Shown in pieces: positions 39,390 to 52,942 of a stretch of 64,000 nt of DNA. The translations under genes and the position numbers were made by a program. Below the pieces are notes generated by a model, which saw only the letters and a list, made by a program, of their open reading frames with translations, ran no database searches and was not told where the DNA came from. Every line of letters begins with the position of its first letter. The first letter of the stretch is position 1. The DNA lies in assembly GCF_006345805.1 (NCBI RefSeq), contig NC_043014.1, positions 29,202,001 through 29,266,000 of the forward strand, written 5' to 3'. The DNA is from Octopus sinensis (taxonomy: Eukaryota).

Positions 39390-39706
39390 ATAATATAGGG
39401 TAAAATTAATTAATTTGGAATAATCATTAATTTCGGCATGTAAAAGCCCCATTCAAGGAATGTTTAAGTAATACTAAGTAATTAAGGGTTTAGCAACGAT
39501 TTGCCTCACCACACACCGAATTTAGAAATAGCAGTCAAAGAGTTTTGGCTATTCTTTCTACTTAAAAGGGAGATCCCAGTAAAACCATAGCACTTAAAAG
39601 GCTTTTAAGTGCGTGGTTTTACTGGGATTCCTTTTAAGTAGAAAGAATAGCCAAAACTCTTGACTGCTATTTCTAAATTCGGTTGTGGTGAGGCAAATCG
39701 TTGCTA
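39390..39706. mobile_element. TA-anchored (probable Penelope-like) repeat ending in a fold-back palindrome 39491-39706
   Basis: Arms 39491-39600 and 39602-39706, 1-nt loop, differing by a few small indels or substitutions. Confidence 0.7.
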
Positions 39707-39733
39707 TATATATAACACTTACACCACACTGCA

Positions 39734-39802
<69 letters not shown>

Positions 39803-39939
39803 GTATGTTATAGAAAGTATGGGCTATTTACGGAGGGTTCATAGAGAGCCAATGCGAAAAAATAGTGTAGAGAAAATTGAAAACACAAATCCTAGACAGT
39901 CAAACGGATTCAATTACATTGAATTATATATATTTATAT

Positions 39940-40330
39940 ATATCAACATAAATCATGTGTGTACAGGCGTAAAGATTCTCCAAAGTATAAGGTATAAAAC
40001 CAAACATACAAAAAATATAAAAGAAATATAAAAATACATAAAAATACATATAATATTACATATAAATAAAGATTACATGTAAAGAATTATACGTGATAAA
40101 TATAGGAGGGCGTACAACGAAAGAGAAGTTGATAAATGTAGGAATAAAAATGTCAACCTTCAAAATGGCAAACCGCCTAAATCGTCTAAAAATTCCTTAT
40201 ACATCTAGGATGTGAGATAGAAGTGACGCAAGATATCAAGGTTAAGAACAATAAATAAAATAGGAACCGAAAATAGGAGGGCGTTCCATCTACGGCCGTT
40301 TCAGGTGTACATTACCAGTCAGGGTTAAAA
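39940..40330 (-). mobile_element. Probable Penelope-like terminal repeat with decayed hammerhead (GAAAC-GGCC-GT-A)
   Basis: Minus strand reads CTGACTGGT..ACCT-GAAACGGCCGTA; the core is degenerate. Confidence 0.4.
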
Positions 40331-40369
40331 ATTGAAAACTCCATATATATACAATGTCCCCAAATACTA

Positions 40370-40650
40370 TAGCGTCGGGCTGACCAAAGCCTTCGGTTGA
40401 CAGAAAATGAAAAAGGACCATCGTATATTCATGTGTGTGCGTGTGTGCGTGTGTGTGTGTGTGTGTCTAAGTTTGTGTTTGCCACCCACTACCGATTGAT
40501 ATCCGGTGCTGGTTTATGCCACCGTAACTCAGTAGTTCGGTATTAGAGACCGATAGAATAAGAAGCAGACAGAAAAATAATGCTGGGGGTGATTCATTCG
40601 AGTAAAACCCGCCAAGGTTCAAAGATTGAAACGAGTAAAGATAAACGATA
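40370..40650 (+). mobile_element. Diverged partial SINE family A
   Basis: GACCAAAGCC...GAGACCGATAGAATAAG body motifs. Confidence 0.7.
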
Positions 40651-42014
40651 AAAGATTAGCAACTTTCAGCTTATCGAAACTCACGGATAGGGGGAAAAGT
40701 GTGAAACCTTCGACGCCAATAAATTCTTATTGTTCCTGATCATACACCTCCCACTTGTTTTTTCCTAAGCCTTCCACGGACTGCTTGAAGGTTACAAACT
40801 TCATACACTTAGATTCCTGGATCTTGTCCTCGTTATATATCGAAAAAGAAATTAGGTGTATTTTTGGCCAAGGGCAATTTGCATAATTAAAAAGGAGATC
40901 AGTTACATAAGTTTGAAAAATGAACGTAAATAACGGTGTATTGAGTATTATTATACAATAAATTCTTCCTTTTTTTTTCTTAATTTCTGCTGTTGGGAGT
41001 GGAAAACAAAAACCTAGCGGCAATCGTTGGGAAGTCTCATGACGAAGGGAAAACATTTCAAGAAATCAGGAGTAAATTTTTCAGTTTAATGCTAAGGAAT
41101 GAACAGTCTGATATCAGTTGCAGACAAGGGTAACTAAGTACATATGTCTCGGTATGTCAGACCTCGTCAGCGTACAGCAGTCACGGCTTGTCTGTAAATC
41201 AGAAAATTACATTTTTATACATCTCGTATATTTATAACACATACACGTACACGTTTGTGTGTGCGTATGTGTATGTGTGCGTGCATGTGAGTTTGAGTGT
41301 GTGTGCGCGGGGATCTTTTAAACATGCCAATCTTTTTAGTAGTTTCTATATACAGTTGGTCTTTTGAGAATTTCTATCTTATGTCATTTATGTCTGTATC
41401 TACATTTAGTTTAAATAGATCAATGTGGTCTGCGTCCAATCTAAGATTTGTCCTACAAAATATTTGATAGCAGCGACCCGTATGGATATCGGTGGTATTA
41501 TAGCTTGTGTGTATTCGTAATGGGTACAGAATTTGGCTGAGCCTGGTGAATGAGGTATGTGAACCTATGAGGGTGATGAGGTGCGGTATTGTCATGTATT
41601 CGGGTGTGAGATAAGAGACATTCCTTAGGGAGCGGAGGTGTGGAGGTGGAGGTAGTCAGAAGAATATTGGGTAGAGGAAGAGAGAGAGAGAGAAAGAGGC
41701 AGACAGACAGATAGAGACTGAGAGAGAGAGGAGGTGGGGAGTAGAAAAGCGGAAGGAAACACGATACTGAGAAGAGAATGAAGTAATGAAAGACAGTAAG
41801 AAGGAAAAGGAAAAGAATTAGTTTGAAGGAAAGTGTAAAAGGAGCCTGATGGCGTGTATGAGAGAGAGAGAGAGAAAGAGAGAGATTGAAAATTAAGAAT
41901 GTGTAAGAGAGAAAGAGAGAGGATGCGATAATGTGCGCATATATACACATGTATGTATATATATATATTTACTCACGCACAAATACGTACATATGTATGT
42001 GCGTATATCTGTGT

Positions 42015-42046
<32 letters not shown>

Positions 42047-42048
42047 TG

Positions 42049-42083
<35 letters not shown>

Positions 42084-42106
42084 ATTATATAGATAGATAG
42101 ATAGAC

Positions 42107-42163
<57 letters not shown>

Positions 42164-43349
42164 GTTATTAAGTGTGTATAAGATTGAGAGAAAAAGAGAT
42201 GAAGAGGAAAGAAATTAGAAGAAAGCACTAAATGACATTAAAGACAGATTGTAAGAAAGAAAACACTCGATTGAAACTAGGTTGGCAGAATTTCCGGTCT
42301 GACAGAACTCTTAATAGTTACCGCTGCCGCCACCACGACCACGACCACCATCATCATCATCATCACCGTCACCAGTATTATCATCACACAACCCCACCAA
42401 CCGGCCCCACTAAATCACCGTTCTGGTATTACTCAGTTCCATATACTTTACTCTATATAACACCGCAACTACACTGCAACTAGCGCCGGCACTACTGCAC
42501 ACCACATTGTATCACCACCACTCACACATCGCTACACTACTTCTACATATACACCACTCCACAAACCACTAATCTACCACTTCCGTATGACATCACACAC
42601 ACACACACACACACTTTCCTGCACTCCTCTACTTGTCGACACGCCACTCCGCCAATCCCCCATGACTCTCACTACTTCGAGCACCGTTCACACCAAAGAG
42701 TGCAGCGCCATCTATCCACCGCACCCACCTCTACACCTTTCGTCAACACACTGCTATAGCACCGCAGCTAGATCCTTAATTGAGTACACTACACCGACCT
42801 CGACTACCCAACATTACACACTTGTACCCAGTAACATGTATGACCCGGTTTCGATTCCTACTTGGTAACTTTTCACTTTCGTACCCCCACCCCTAAGGAC
42901 ATCATTAAATATCTGAATTGTCATGCCTCATGCCTCAGATACCATCACTCCCCACAACTCCCTCCTTTCGTTATAAACTCTCTCTCTCCCTCTCTCTCTC
43001 CCTCTCTCTCTCCCTCTCTCTCTCTCCCTCTCTCTCTCCCTCTCTCTTCTCCCTCTCTCTTCTCTCTCTATCTCAGTTGCTCTCCCTCCCTCTCTCATTT
43101 TCCTTTTATTTTTCTATCGCTCTTCTTATACATACAGACATATGCATACATACAAGCGCGCACACACACATACACGTGCGCGCACGCACACATACGCATG
43201 CACACACATACACACACACACCCACATATCCCATTCACTTTGCATATGTACGTATGTGTGTATGGATGTACGGATTGTGTATGCCACTGCCAATTGTTGT
43301 ACTTTCGCCCCAGGTCAGTTCTGCTTTAAGCAGATGAAAGACATGCCAA

Positions 43350-43495
43350 CCACGCCGATCCCCTGCTCCTTACCACATGGTTATGGGTTCAGTCCCACTG
43401 CATGACACCTTCACCAAGTGCCTTCCACTATGGCCTCGGGCTGACCAAAGACTTGTGAGTGGATTTCGTAGACAGAAACTGAAAGAAGCCCGTCA
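43350..43495 (+). mobile_element. SINE family A head
   Basis: GGGTTCAGTCCCACTGC...GAAACTGAAAGAAGCCCGTC. Confidence 0.85.
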
Positions 43496-43554
43496 TGTGT
43501 GTGTACGTGCATATATATATATATATATATATATATCTATATATATATATATAT

Positions 43555-43715
43555 AGGGAGAGTTTACGAAAAAAACAAAAGACGAAGAGAGGTGGTGTGC
43601 AAAACAAACAGATGTATTAGTATAACGCTCAGGAATAGTAAAAGTATTTTACGTTTCGAGCTACGCTCTTCTACACAAAGGGACACAGAAAAAACAACGA
43701 GAGAAACAAGGTGAA
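43555..43715 (-). mobile_element. Penelope-like pseudo-LTR fragment, third copy of the 58-270 family
   Basis: Minus strand reads CTTTGTGTAGAAGAGCGTAGCTCGAAACGTAAAAT. Confidence 0.6.
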
Positions 43716-43717
43716 AT

Positions 43718-43766
<49 letters not shown>

Positions 43767-43770
43767 ATAT

Positions 43771-44139
43771 ATATATAAAGCTGAAGTTGTCCGTGTGTGT
43801 GTGGCAGGTTTGGTAGCCTTCAACTAACACCATCTCCTCCGAGACCTTGCGGCGCAAGTTGATTAAAATTGAGATTATGATAGAAAACTTGCTCTCCATT
43901 CCGTAGAAGAAAAAATTCAAATCGGACCATCAAAAAGGTGCTTTTTTTCTATGAAAATCCATATTTTTTACGATTTTTTGACTGCTGTGTCGCCATTTTT
44001 CGGTGTATTTCAATCAGAAAAATGTTCACTTAAAGAGAATAACAAGCTACATAATGCAAAATTTTTACTTTTCAAAAATTCTAATTCTAAAGGGTCGAAA
44101 AGAAAACAAACCCAAGCAACGCGGGGATATACTGCTAGT
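43771..44139 (+). mobile_element. Helentron-type HINE
   Basis: 5' TATATAAAGCTGAAGTTGTCCGTGTGT and 3' GCAACGCGGGGATATACTGCTAGT, inserted in (TA)n. Confidence 0.72.
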
Positions 44140-44179
44140 GTATATATATATATATATATAACGGGAGAGAGAGAGAGAG

Positions 44180-44330
44180 ACTATCTGGTAAGAATTTGCT
44201 TCCCAACTATATGGTTCCAGGTTCAGTCGCACTGCGTGGCACCATGGTTAAATTCTTCTATATTAGCCTCGAGCTGACCAAAGCCTTCTGGGTGGTTTTG
44301 GTAGACCGAAACTGAAAGAAGTCCTTCATA
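44180..44330 (+). mobile_element. Diverged SINE family A head
   Basis: GGTTCAGTCGCACTGCGTGGCACC...GAAACTGAAAGAAG. Confidence 0.8.
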
Positions 44331-44334
44331 TATC

Positions 44335-44520
44335 TTCTTAATATATGAAATCCGTACCGTTTGTCTGTTTGTACGCTTATAACTCGAGTATTGTTCATCC
44401 GATCGCGCTGAAATTTTAAACATGGATACACGAGAGGGCTGGGCGTTCCGTAATCTAAAGAGATTTTCAAAATCGTTTGTTTCAAAGTGAGAATTGCTAT
44501 TTTCGTAATCTTTATGTACT
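44335..44520 (+). mobile_element. Partial HINE-like element
   Basis: TATATGAAATCCGTACCGTTTGTCTGTTTGTACGCTTATAACTCG...CCGATCGCGCTGAAATTTT, a DINE-1-like 5' core. Confidence 0.45.
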
Positions 44521-45372
44521 GTTTGTTCCGCCATTAAACCAACCAGTTGCTCAGACAGCCAGGGAGTACAGGATGACAGTCAGCCAAAACTGTCACTATG
44601 CTGTCTCTCTTCTTTCCTCTCTCTGTGGGGTTAATAATTTTTATCTTTAGTTACAGTTTCTCATTAAAACTACATAATAGACAGAATTGTTGGATTAAAA
44701 CAGTATGGTGTTTTGAAGGAGATTTGGCTGATATTTCTACCAGGTCTAGCTACCATGTAGAGATCCGCCTCATTGATATTATATATTCCTTATGCTTTCC
44801 AAAACCGAGTTACAGATTCAGTACTATTTTGGCTACAAATTAAACTTAATTTTCATTCACATATTTGTATTTCAAATGTTTAACATAATCTTTTCCATAA
44901 ATCAACAATTGTAAAAATGTTATACTATTACGTCACATTTTCTATGTGTGTGTACCTTAAAAGACGTCAATCATCACGACACACACCATCACTCACTCAA
45001 TCTCTCTCTTTCTCACTCTCTTTCTCTCTCACATACACACGCGCAAGCACGCACGCACACACTCACACACACACACATGTCCATTTCATATAGACGTACA
45101 TACATCTTTCACTTTTTTCTCTGTTCTTTTCGCTTATCCTCTTTCAATTTCTGCCCTCTTGAAATAAAATTTTTACAGATACAATTGCTTACAAAAATAG
45201 GGATTAATGTATAATTTCTTTCTATGTTCATAATTTTTGGTTTACAATATTGGGAAAAATATGCCAAAAAAGAAAAGACGTAATCTCTCCAGAAACAAGT
45301 ATAAAGCAAGGACAAGTATAAAGCAATTTCATGTTGCAACACTTAATGCTGGATTATTAAATCAATGTTTTA

Positions 45373-45645
45373 ATGATTAGACAGAGATCCAATAGGATAG
45401 CTCTCAGAAACAGACTACGTATAAATTCGTTCTTCACAACTTCTGAAGCCGTTTTCAGATATGATCCAACCCATTCATATAAAAATAATAACTCTGTCCA
45501 AATTAGTGTGCTAAACACAAATTGTCATTTCTGTAGAGTTTTAAAATTTTCAAATGAAACAAATGGTATGTGCTGTTCAGGTGGTCAGGTAACATTGCCA
45601 GCACTACCAGCTCCTTCTCAACCTCTTATGGATCTTCTAGAAGGC
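45373..45645 (+). mobile_element. Helitron Rep N-terminal fragment
   Basis: AVFRYDP..ISVLNTNCHFCRVLKFSNETNGMCCSGGQVTLPALPAPSQPLMDLL. Confidence 0.85.
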
Positions 45646-46351
45646 ATTTCCATCGGTGTGTCTACGTCCTCGCAACTTGGCGGTTCGGCCATAAAATGAC
45701 TACCAGGTTTTTAAAAATAAGTACTGGAGTCGATCCGTTTGATTAAAACCCTTTAAAGCGGTGCTCCAGCATAGCCACAGTCAAATGACTGAAACAAATA
45801 AAAGGATAAAATAAAAGAATATATTTATTTTTGTGTGTGTGCTTGTTTGTCCCCCACCTTACGTCCCCGTGACATAACAGTTTAGCAAAAAGAACTGATA
45901 GAATAAATATCAGGCTAAAATAAATAGATAAAAGGCGGTACTCCTACATGGCTGCAGTCCAATGACTGAAGAAAGTAAAAGATAAAATATCTATATATAT
46001 ATAATTTCTCGAAAGTCGAGCATCACTTTGGAGATCCTTTGTTCACTTCACAGCGTTTCCAATACAGACAGGATGTTGTGAACCTACAGAATTATACTTG
46101 GCTCACATTGTACTTAGCATGGGAAGTAATTGCAAATTGCAAAAGGCATCAGACGTTTCATAAGACTTGTAAGAAACGCCAAAGCTAAGAGCAAAGAATA
46201 AATCCTTAAGTTATAAAAGACAATATATGTGGCATGGTTGGAGTGGTTGCAGCTGCATCCGGTTCAGTGTGTTGACTACGCGGATAACAGGAAGGAGAAT
46301 ACTATACTGCAATGGAATGGGCGGATGCTAGAACTGGAATAACAATAATAA

Positions 46352-46553
46352 TAGTCCTTTCTACTATTGGCACAAGGCCCGAAATTTTGAGTGAGAGGGA
46401 GAGTCAATGTCATCGACCCCAGTGCGTAATTGGTACTTATTTCATTGACGCCGAAAGGATGAAAGGCAGAATTTGAACTTAAAAGGTAGCGACGGGTGAA
46501 ATACCGCTAAGCATTTCGCCCAGCGCGCTAACGTTTCTGCCAGCTCGCCGCCT
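46352..46553 (-). mobile_element. SINE family B
   Basis: Reverse complement of the family B head and tail. Confidence 0.88.
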
Positions 46554-46629
46554 TCTTAATAATAATAATAATAAATGCTCTGATGCAGTACCAGCAAGTG
46601 GCTCTCATGGCTTCTAATCTTAATTGATT

Positions 46630-46920
46630 GTGCCGAATAGCAAGTCCACGGACTTTTCTGAATTTATTTTCGCCCCAGCCGTCGCTTTATATTCTTTCAT
46701 TAGGAAACCAATCGCCTCCACTTCGATGGCTCCGACACGAGGACGAAGATATCGTTCGCATACGCTGACACATCTCTTCCACACTGCTTTGGTTCAAAAG
46801 GGAAGGTACTCAGTATCTCTAGCTTCCTCAACAGTGGCTCAAGAGCTAGCAGTACAGACGAGACAAAAGGGGACATCTCTGGCGAACTGAGCGAGTGATA
46901 TGAAAAGACTCCCTTACCTT
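46630..46920 (-). mobile_element. Tx1/L1 reverse transcriptase fragment
   Basis: IEVEAIGFLMKEYKATAGAKINSEKSVDLLFG matches the post-YADD L1/Tx1 motif (YExATGAKINxxKS). Confidence 0.72.
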
Positions 46921-47060
46921 AACCATCGAACATTTGTCAATGTGAATAACAGATATAAAGCCTCTGAATACGAGATCAAAACTGATTGCCCTCAGCACAG
47001 CTTTTAGATAACGACGGTCAACCCACTCAAATGCTTTAGATTTATGTAAACTGATTAAGT

Positions 47061-47380
47061 GAGCGCGCGTGGCTTAGTGGTTAGGGCATTCGGCTCATGA
47101 TCGTAAGGTTGTGAGTTCGATTCCCGGCGACGCGTTGTGTCCTTGAGCAAGACACTTTATTTCACGTTGTTCCAGTCCACTCAGCTGGCAAAAATGAGTT
47201 GTACTTGTATTTCAAAGGGTCAGCCTTGTCACTCTCTGTGTCACGCTGATTATCCCCGAGAACTACGTTAAGGGTACATGTGTCTGTGGAATGCTCAGCC
47301 ATTTGCACGTTAATTTCACGAGCAAGCTGTTCCGTTGATCGTATCAGCTGGGACCCTCGTCGTCGTAACCGGCGGAGTCT
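47061..47380 (+). mobile_element. SINE family C, full length, with 12-bp target-site duplication
   Basis: A and B box head; AAACTGATTAAG at 47048-47059 and 47386-47397. Confidence 0.95.
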
Positions 47381-47922
47381 TTAAGAAACTGATTAAGGTC
47401 CAACTGAAACTAGTTTTGTTCCCTACTGTATGTTGTTTGCTGCATTAAATGAAAATGTGTGTATGTTGTATCGCATGAGGTGGGTGTTGTCATGGATAGA
47501 CCCGTTTAGAATCGCACGTTTGCGGTTCCTCGATCATTGATGACAAATGTCAACCTCTTTGTTAACATTTTCACCAAAATTTTAACTCTGTATCTTGTCA
47601 GAAATTGTGTGTCTGTGGTCGTGAATGTGCTTGTAATAATTAGTTTTGTTGCTGTGCTGATGGTATTGATGCCGTTGGCGGGAAAAAATAAAGGCAAATA
47701 CTTTTTGAACGAACTTCGCATATGTATCGTTGGTATTATGCAAAAGGCCGGATGCCCAAAACGTTGCTTTTTTCAGTAAACGAAAAAATAGCTACACCAT
47801 TCCATAGCAAAACCGTTGTACTACACTTTGACAATTTTTGATATCTTGGCATCTGATGCAGATGGAGATACGATAGTTTGACTAAATGAACCGGCTATTG
47901 CAAGCAAAAGTAGAATTCTGCC

Positions 47923-48125
47923 AGCGGTGAGCTGGCAGAATCGTTAGCTCGCCGGACAAAATGCTTAGTGGCATTTCGTCCGACTTTACGCCCAGAGTTC
48001 AAATTCCTCTGGAGTTGAGTTTATCTTTCATTCTTTTGAGGTCGATAAAATAAGTACCAGTTGAGTACTGGGGTCAATGTAATCAACTAGCCCCCTTCCC
48101 CGAAATTGTTGGCCTTGTACCAAGA
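47923..48125 (+). mobile_element. SINE family B
   Basis: GCGGTGAGCTGGCAGAATCGTTAGC head. Confidence 0.88.
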
Positions 48126-48299
48126 TTTGAAACCAATTTTAATTACATGTGTATATATGCATATACATATACTAAATAGTTTCTGGGGCCACGGAGAAGC
48201 TTGTAACGTCCCTAGAATAAGCAATATACAGACCACTACGAAAGGCCTTGGAAGTAAGTTTGAACCATACTATTCCACGAAGAAGAAGGCGAGAAGGAC

Positions 48300-48600
48300 T
48301 GCAGTAGGCGACTAAGTAAAGGAAGAAAAAGCTGATATATGGACTTTGTACAACGTAATCAATAGGGACAGTGTACCGCTTGGGAGGAGCTTGCGGATGG
48401 GGAAAAATAGGACAACCAGAATCATTTTCCTGATCCGTACCATCTACGACATACTTCCCTAGTCGTACAAACCTAAAGCATAGGAAAATAGAAGTGAACA
48501 GACTGTGGAAATGTTGAAAGGTCGGGACGATGAGACATCTCTTCAATTGCCCACTACTGAAGCTCAGATACAAATAGCGCCGTAACCAAAGTATTTGGGT
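48300..48600 (+). mobile_element. HERO/NeSL-like (RLE-type) non-LTR retrotransposon fragment
   Basis: RIIFLIRTIYDILP-SRTNLKH...KC*KVGTMRHLFNCP..LRYK*RRNQSI corresponds to the LIRSxYDxLPSxxNL / CxxCxxxGTxxHILxxC / RYxWRHN region. Confidence 0.7.
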
Positions 48601-49079
48601 TTAAACTAGAACTTATCAGCACATTTCTCATCTATATTTTATGCCCGTTATTCTTATTCATCCTTCCCCATTTTCTTCGTTCTCTCACGCAATTTTTCCT
48701 CAGAGACAACCTTCAGCTTTTCCCCCTCTTTTTAATCCCACATTTTTCTCGCTTTCGTTCTTTCACTTTCTTTAACTGAATTATCTCTACTTTATTTCTT
48801 ACATTCTTTTATTCTTCATGTTTTTCCCCTTCTGCTAATTCTTATAATCCTTTTCGATGTGATCTCCAGTTGACAGCTGGTGAAGGGAATGTCCAGCAAT
48901 GCAAGCCGAAAATAGAATATCCCACTTCTATTTATCTATCTTTCTGTCTTTCCATTCTTCTCGCCTTTTTGTTTTCTTTTACCTTATTCATTTTTACTGT
49001 TTTTTCTGCCTAAGATACTACTTCTTTCTCTTTTTTGTTTCCCCTCCCAGTTGCATATACTATTTCTCTCAAACATATT

Positions 49080-49470
49080 CATTTCTACTCTAGGCACGAG
49101 GCCCGAAATTTTGGGGGAGCGGCAGTCGATTATATCGACCCCGGTTCACAACTGGTACTTAATTTATCGACTCCGATAGGATTAAAGGCAAAGTCGACCT
49201 CGTCGGAATTTGAACTCAGAACGTAGCGACAGACGAAATATTTATTTCTTTACTACCCACAAGGGGCTAAACACAGAGAGGACAAACAAGAACAGACAAA
49301 CGGTTTAAGTCGATTATATCGACCCCACTGCGTAACTGGTACTTATTTAATCGACCCCGAATGCATGAAAGGCAAAGTCGACCTCGGCAGAATTTTAACT
49401 CAGAACGTAGCGGCAGACGAAATACGGCTACGTATTTCGCCCGACGTGCTAACGTTTCTGCCAGCTCGGC
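49080..49470 (-). mobile_element. Tandem dimer of SINE family B
   Basis: The body is repeated twice (about 49080-49240 and 49305-49468) with a unique linker; only one unit has the full head. Confidence 0.85.
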
Positions 49471-49884
49471 AGCTTTTCTCTCAAACAATGTCTGTATATG
49501 AGCGTGCAGGCGCGCACAAACACACACACTCACTCACGCACGCACACACGCACACACACACACACATTCACACTCACACACTCACACACACACACTCACG
49601 TACGCACACACGCACACACACACACACTCACACACACTCTCTTACACACACACCACAAGTTTATAATATCTTATACTCACTCCACCCTCTCTTTCTGTCT
49701 CTCTCTCTGTCTCTCCCTCTCTCTGTCTCTCCCTCTCTTTGTCTCTCCCTCTCCCCCTCTCTCTCTTTCTTTTTGTCTCTCATAATTTCGTCTCAGTGTC
49801 TATGTCCGTTTGTGTCCCTTTCTGTTTCTCTTGTCTAATTATCTGTATTGTCTGATAAACAGACAAGCAGACAAATAGTCAAAC

Positions 49885-50001
<117 letters not shown>

Positions 50002-50504
50002 TACAAATATACAAGCAGAACAGACGGAAGGACAGGCTGAGAAACAGACAGACAGATAAACAGATAGATAGATACAGACACAGACAGGTACAGAGAGACA
50101 GACGAACAGAAGGGCAGACAGAAAGACAAACAAATGAAAATTGGGTAAGTGGCCGTGTAATTGCTCTAAATGACACAAGTCAAATTCTTGAAACCAATAT
50201 AACCATTTCAAAATAGACAACAGTTGAAAGTTGAGTGCTTTGAGGAGCTTCCTCGAACCTATTTCTATTTGATAAAATGCTTTAGGTCATATTCTCAATT
50301 ATTATAATACCAATTTCGTTAAGTACGAGGTAACGCTAAGTAAAGAAAAGATCACCTGATGTTAAAAGCCTACGGTAAAACCAGCCACCTTACTATGTTG
50401 CAGGTATACTGATGAAAACAAATATAAAAATGATACCGAAATATATCTAGTTCCACATTATCAACCTCTTTCCACATTGCAGCATGGATACGCTATTTCA
50501 GAAT

Positions 50505-51514
50505 TAAATTTGAAATTTTGAACATCTTTGAAAAAGGCAAGAAAACGACGGAAACCTGCAGAAAGATATGCGCTGTATACGGAGAGTGTTACGATGTGTG
50601 TGCCAGAAGTGGGTTTTCGGGATTTCGATCCGAAAAATTTTCAGTTCAAGACATACCTCGTTCTGGTCGGCTAACTGAGATTAATAGCGATATCAGCGCC
50701 CGTTATACGACCGGGATGATTGCACATATTCCCCAAATATCCAAATTGAGTACTGAAAACCATCTGCATCAACTTGGTTGCGTCAGCGGCTCGATGTTTG
50801 AATGAGGTTAACCGCGACCAACAGATTTCCATTTGCGATTCTTTAAAGAAACACAAAGAAAAGGCTTCGTTTTTGAAGAGAATGGCGACTATGGCAAAAA
50901 ATGGGTCGTCTGTAACAATGTGAAGCGCAAACGGTCTTGAGGGAAGCGCGACAAAAGACCACAAACAACCTCCAAAACAGGGCTTTCAATTTAATGGGAT
51001 TGGGAAAGTGTTGTCTTTTACGAGCTTCCTACAGACAGGACCATCAGTTCGGATATGTACTGTGACCCAGCTGGACAAATTAAACGCAGCGATCTATCAG
51101 AAGCGTTCAGCATGTGCTAATTGTATGGGTAGTGTCTATTATTACAGCAATACCAAGCTGCACACATCTTTGAAGTTGCAGTAAAAGTTACTGAGGTTTG
51201 CCTGGGAAGTTTTGCTTCATCCTCCATCTAGGGCCGATCTTGCGCCTTTAGGTTTCCACCTGTTTCGGTCTCCTCAAAATGCGTTACATGGACAGATCTT
51301 CAATAAGATGTAAAAATTCATCGGGAAGGGTTTTTTCGTGCGTAAAAGCATAACAATCTTTGTGCAAGGAAAAATGGATCTACCCACAAGATAACAGAAG
51401 ATACTGGAGCGAAACGGTAATTATATCATTGATTGACTAAATTGCTTTATGTTTAAAACTTTTGTCTTCTTTTCACTTAAAAAAACCGAACGGACTTTTT
51501 AACCAACCCAATAT
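50505..51514 (+). mobile_element. mariner (DD34D) transposon relic with 3' TIR
   Basis: FEKGKKTTETCRKICAVYG, QDIPRSGR, KWVVCNNVKRKRS, VVFYEL, WEVLLHPP..DLAP..FHLFRS; the 3' end is the reverse complement of TATTGGGTTGGTTAAAAAGT. Confidence 0.9.
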
Positions 51515-52489
51515 TATATATTACTGTTATACATTAATGACAGGAATAACAAAACAAGTTGTCTTTATCCAATGTGAATGGAATCAAGCATTACAATATG
51601 TGTCATTTTCTAAAACAGTAAGAAGCTGCTATTTCTGGTAAGTTGAAGATCTCGTAGAGATTCAAGTCAGAGATCACTATCTAAAGCCAGTAAAAACGTA
51701 TAACAGTAATATCCTAAAATCGAAGCCTTTTGCTAATTAAACCAGGGTCAAATTACATAACTGAAGCCCAGGGGTCGAAAATTAATATAAACCCGAACAC
51801 TTACGTTTTCTCCCATCTTTCTGTGTTCGATAAAAAAAAATACTAATCAAACTACTAATCAAAATACTAATTTAACGACGGTACATCAGAATGGCCGCAG
51901 CTCTGAGCTGAAACTAGAGAGAGAAAAATATCCGACGTCACAAATTTATGTGACTTTGTGCCTGTTACTATCTAAATCTGTAGCTACGTCTAACCATTTG
52001 TTCTACTCCTGGAGTCTTTAAGTGGGCACACTTTCTTCCACTCCTATTTTGTGAAACTTACTTAACTGACGCCATCAGTAAGGTCGTCGTTGAAAGCATT
52101 TCCAGCGGTTAGGATCTATGTCTAAAATGTTTTAACATATTCCTCCGTAAGGGCAATTGGTCTCATCAGGTTGCTACACCGTTTCACACTGCCTGTCATA
52201 CATATACAATTCCTTGATTTCACACAATGTTGCGGTGGCTGGGGATTCGCTTAGGAACGCCATGTTTTGTTTCGCTTTGTTTTGTTTTTCACTTTTTTAA
52301 GGTTATATTTATTTTATATCTATACTTTTATTATCATTATTCATTTATTTATTTATTTTTTTATTTATTTTTTAAAATTTATTTTACGAGGAGTTTCTCT
52401 TTTAGATTACTTCCGCACGTGCTTGAGTGTCAATTTATTCTGAAAACATTAAACTCTGCACCTATTATAATGATATGTTATTTTAAGTT

Positions 52490-52500
52490 ATAATAATATG

Positions 52501-52551
<51 letters not shown>

Positions 52552-52648
52552 TAATGATTAATAATAATATATAATAATAATAATAATATATAAAATAATA
52601 ATAATGATAATAATAATAATAATAATAAATAATTATGATAAAATAATG

Positions 52649-52687
<39 letters not shown>

Positions 52688-52723
52688 TAATAATATAATA
52701 ATAATAATAATAATGATATAATG

Positions 52724-52762
<39 letters not shown>

Positions 52763-52773
52763 TAATAATAATG

Positions 52774-52807
<34 letters not shown>

Positions 52808-52886
52808 TAATAATAATAATAATAATAATGATAATAATAATAATAATGATAATAATAATAATAATAACAATAATATAATAATAATG

Positions 52887-52942
<56 letters not shown>

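Noticed and set aside
47061-47135. tRNA gene-like sequence (also 32725-32800)
   Set aside because: It continues into a SINE body with a target-site duplication and lacks a complete acceptor stem, so it is a SINE head
47506-47779. Short hydrophobic ORFs as possible membrane-protein exons
   Set aside because: No recognisable domain or convincing splice sites
52155-52190. Minus-strand GAAAC-GGT-GT-A-GCAAC-CTGATGA resembling a type-II hammerhead
   Set aside because: Stem I would be 1 bp and stem II does not pair
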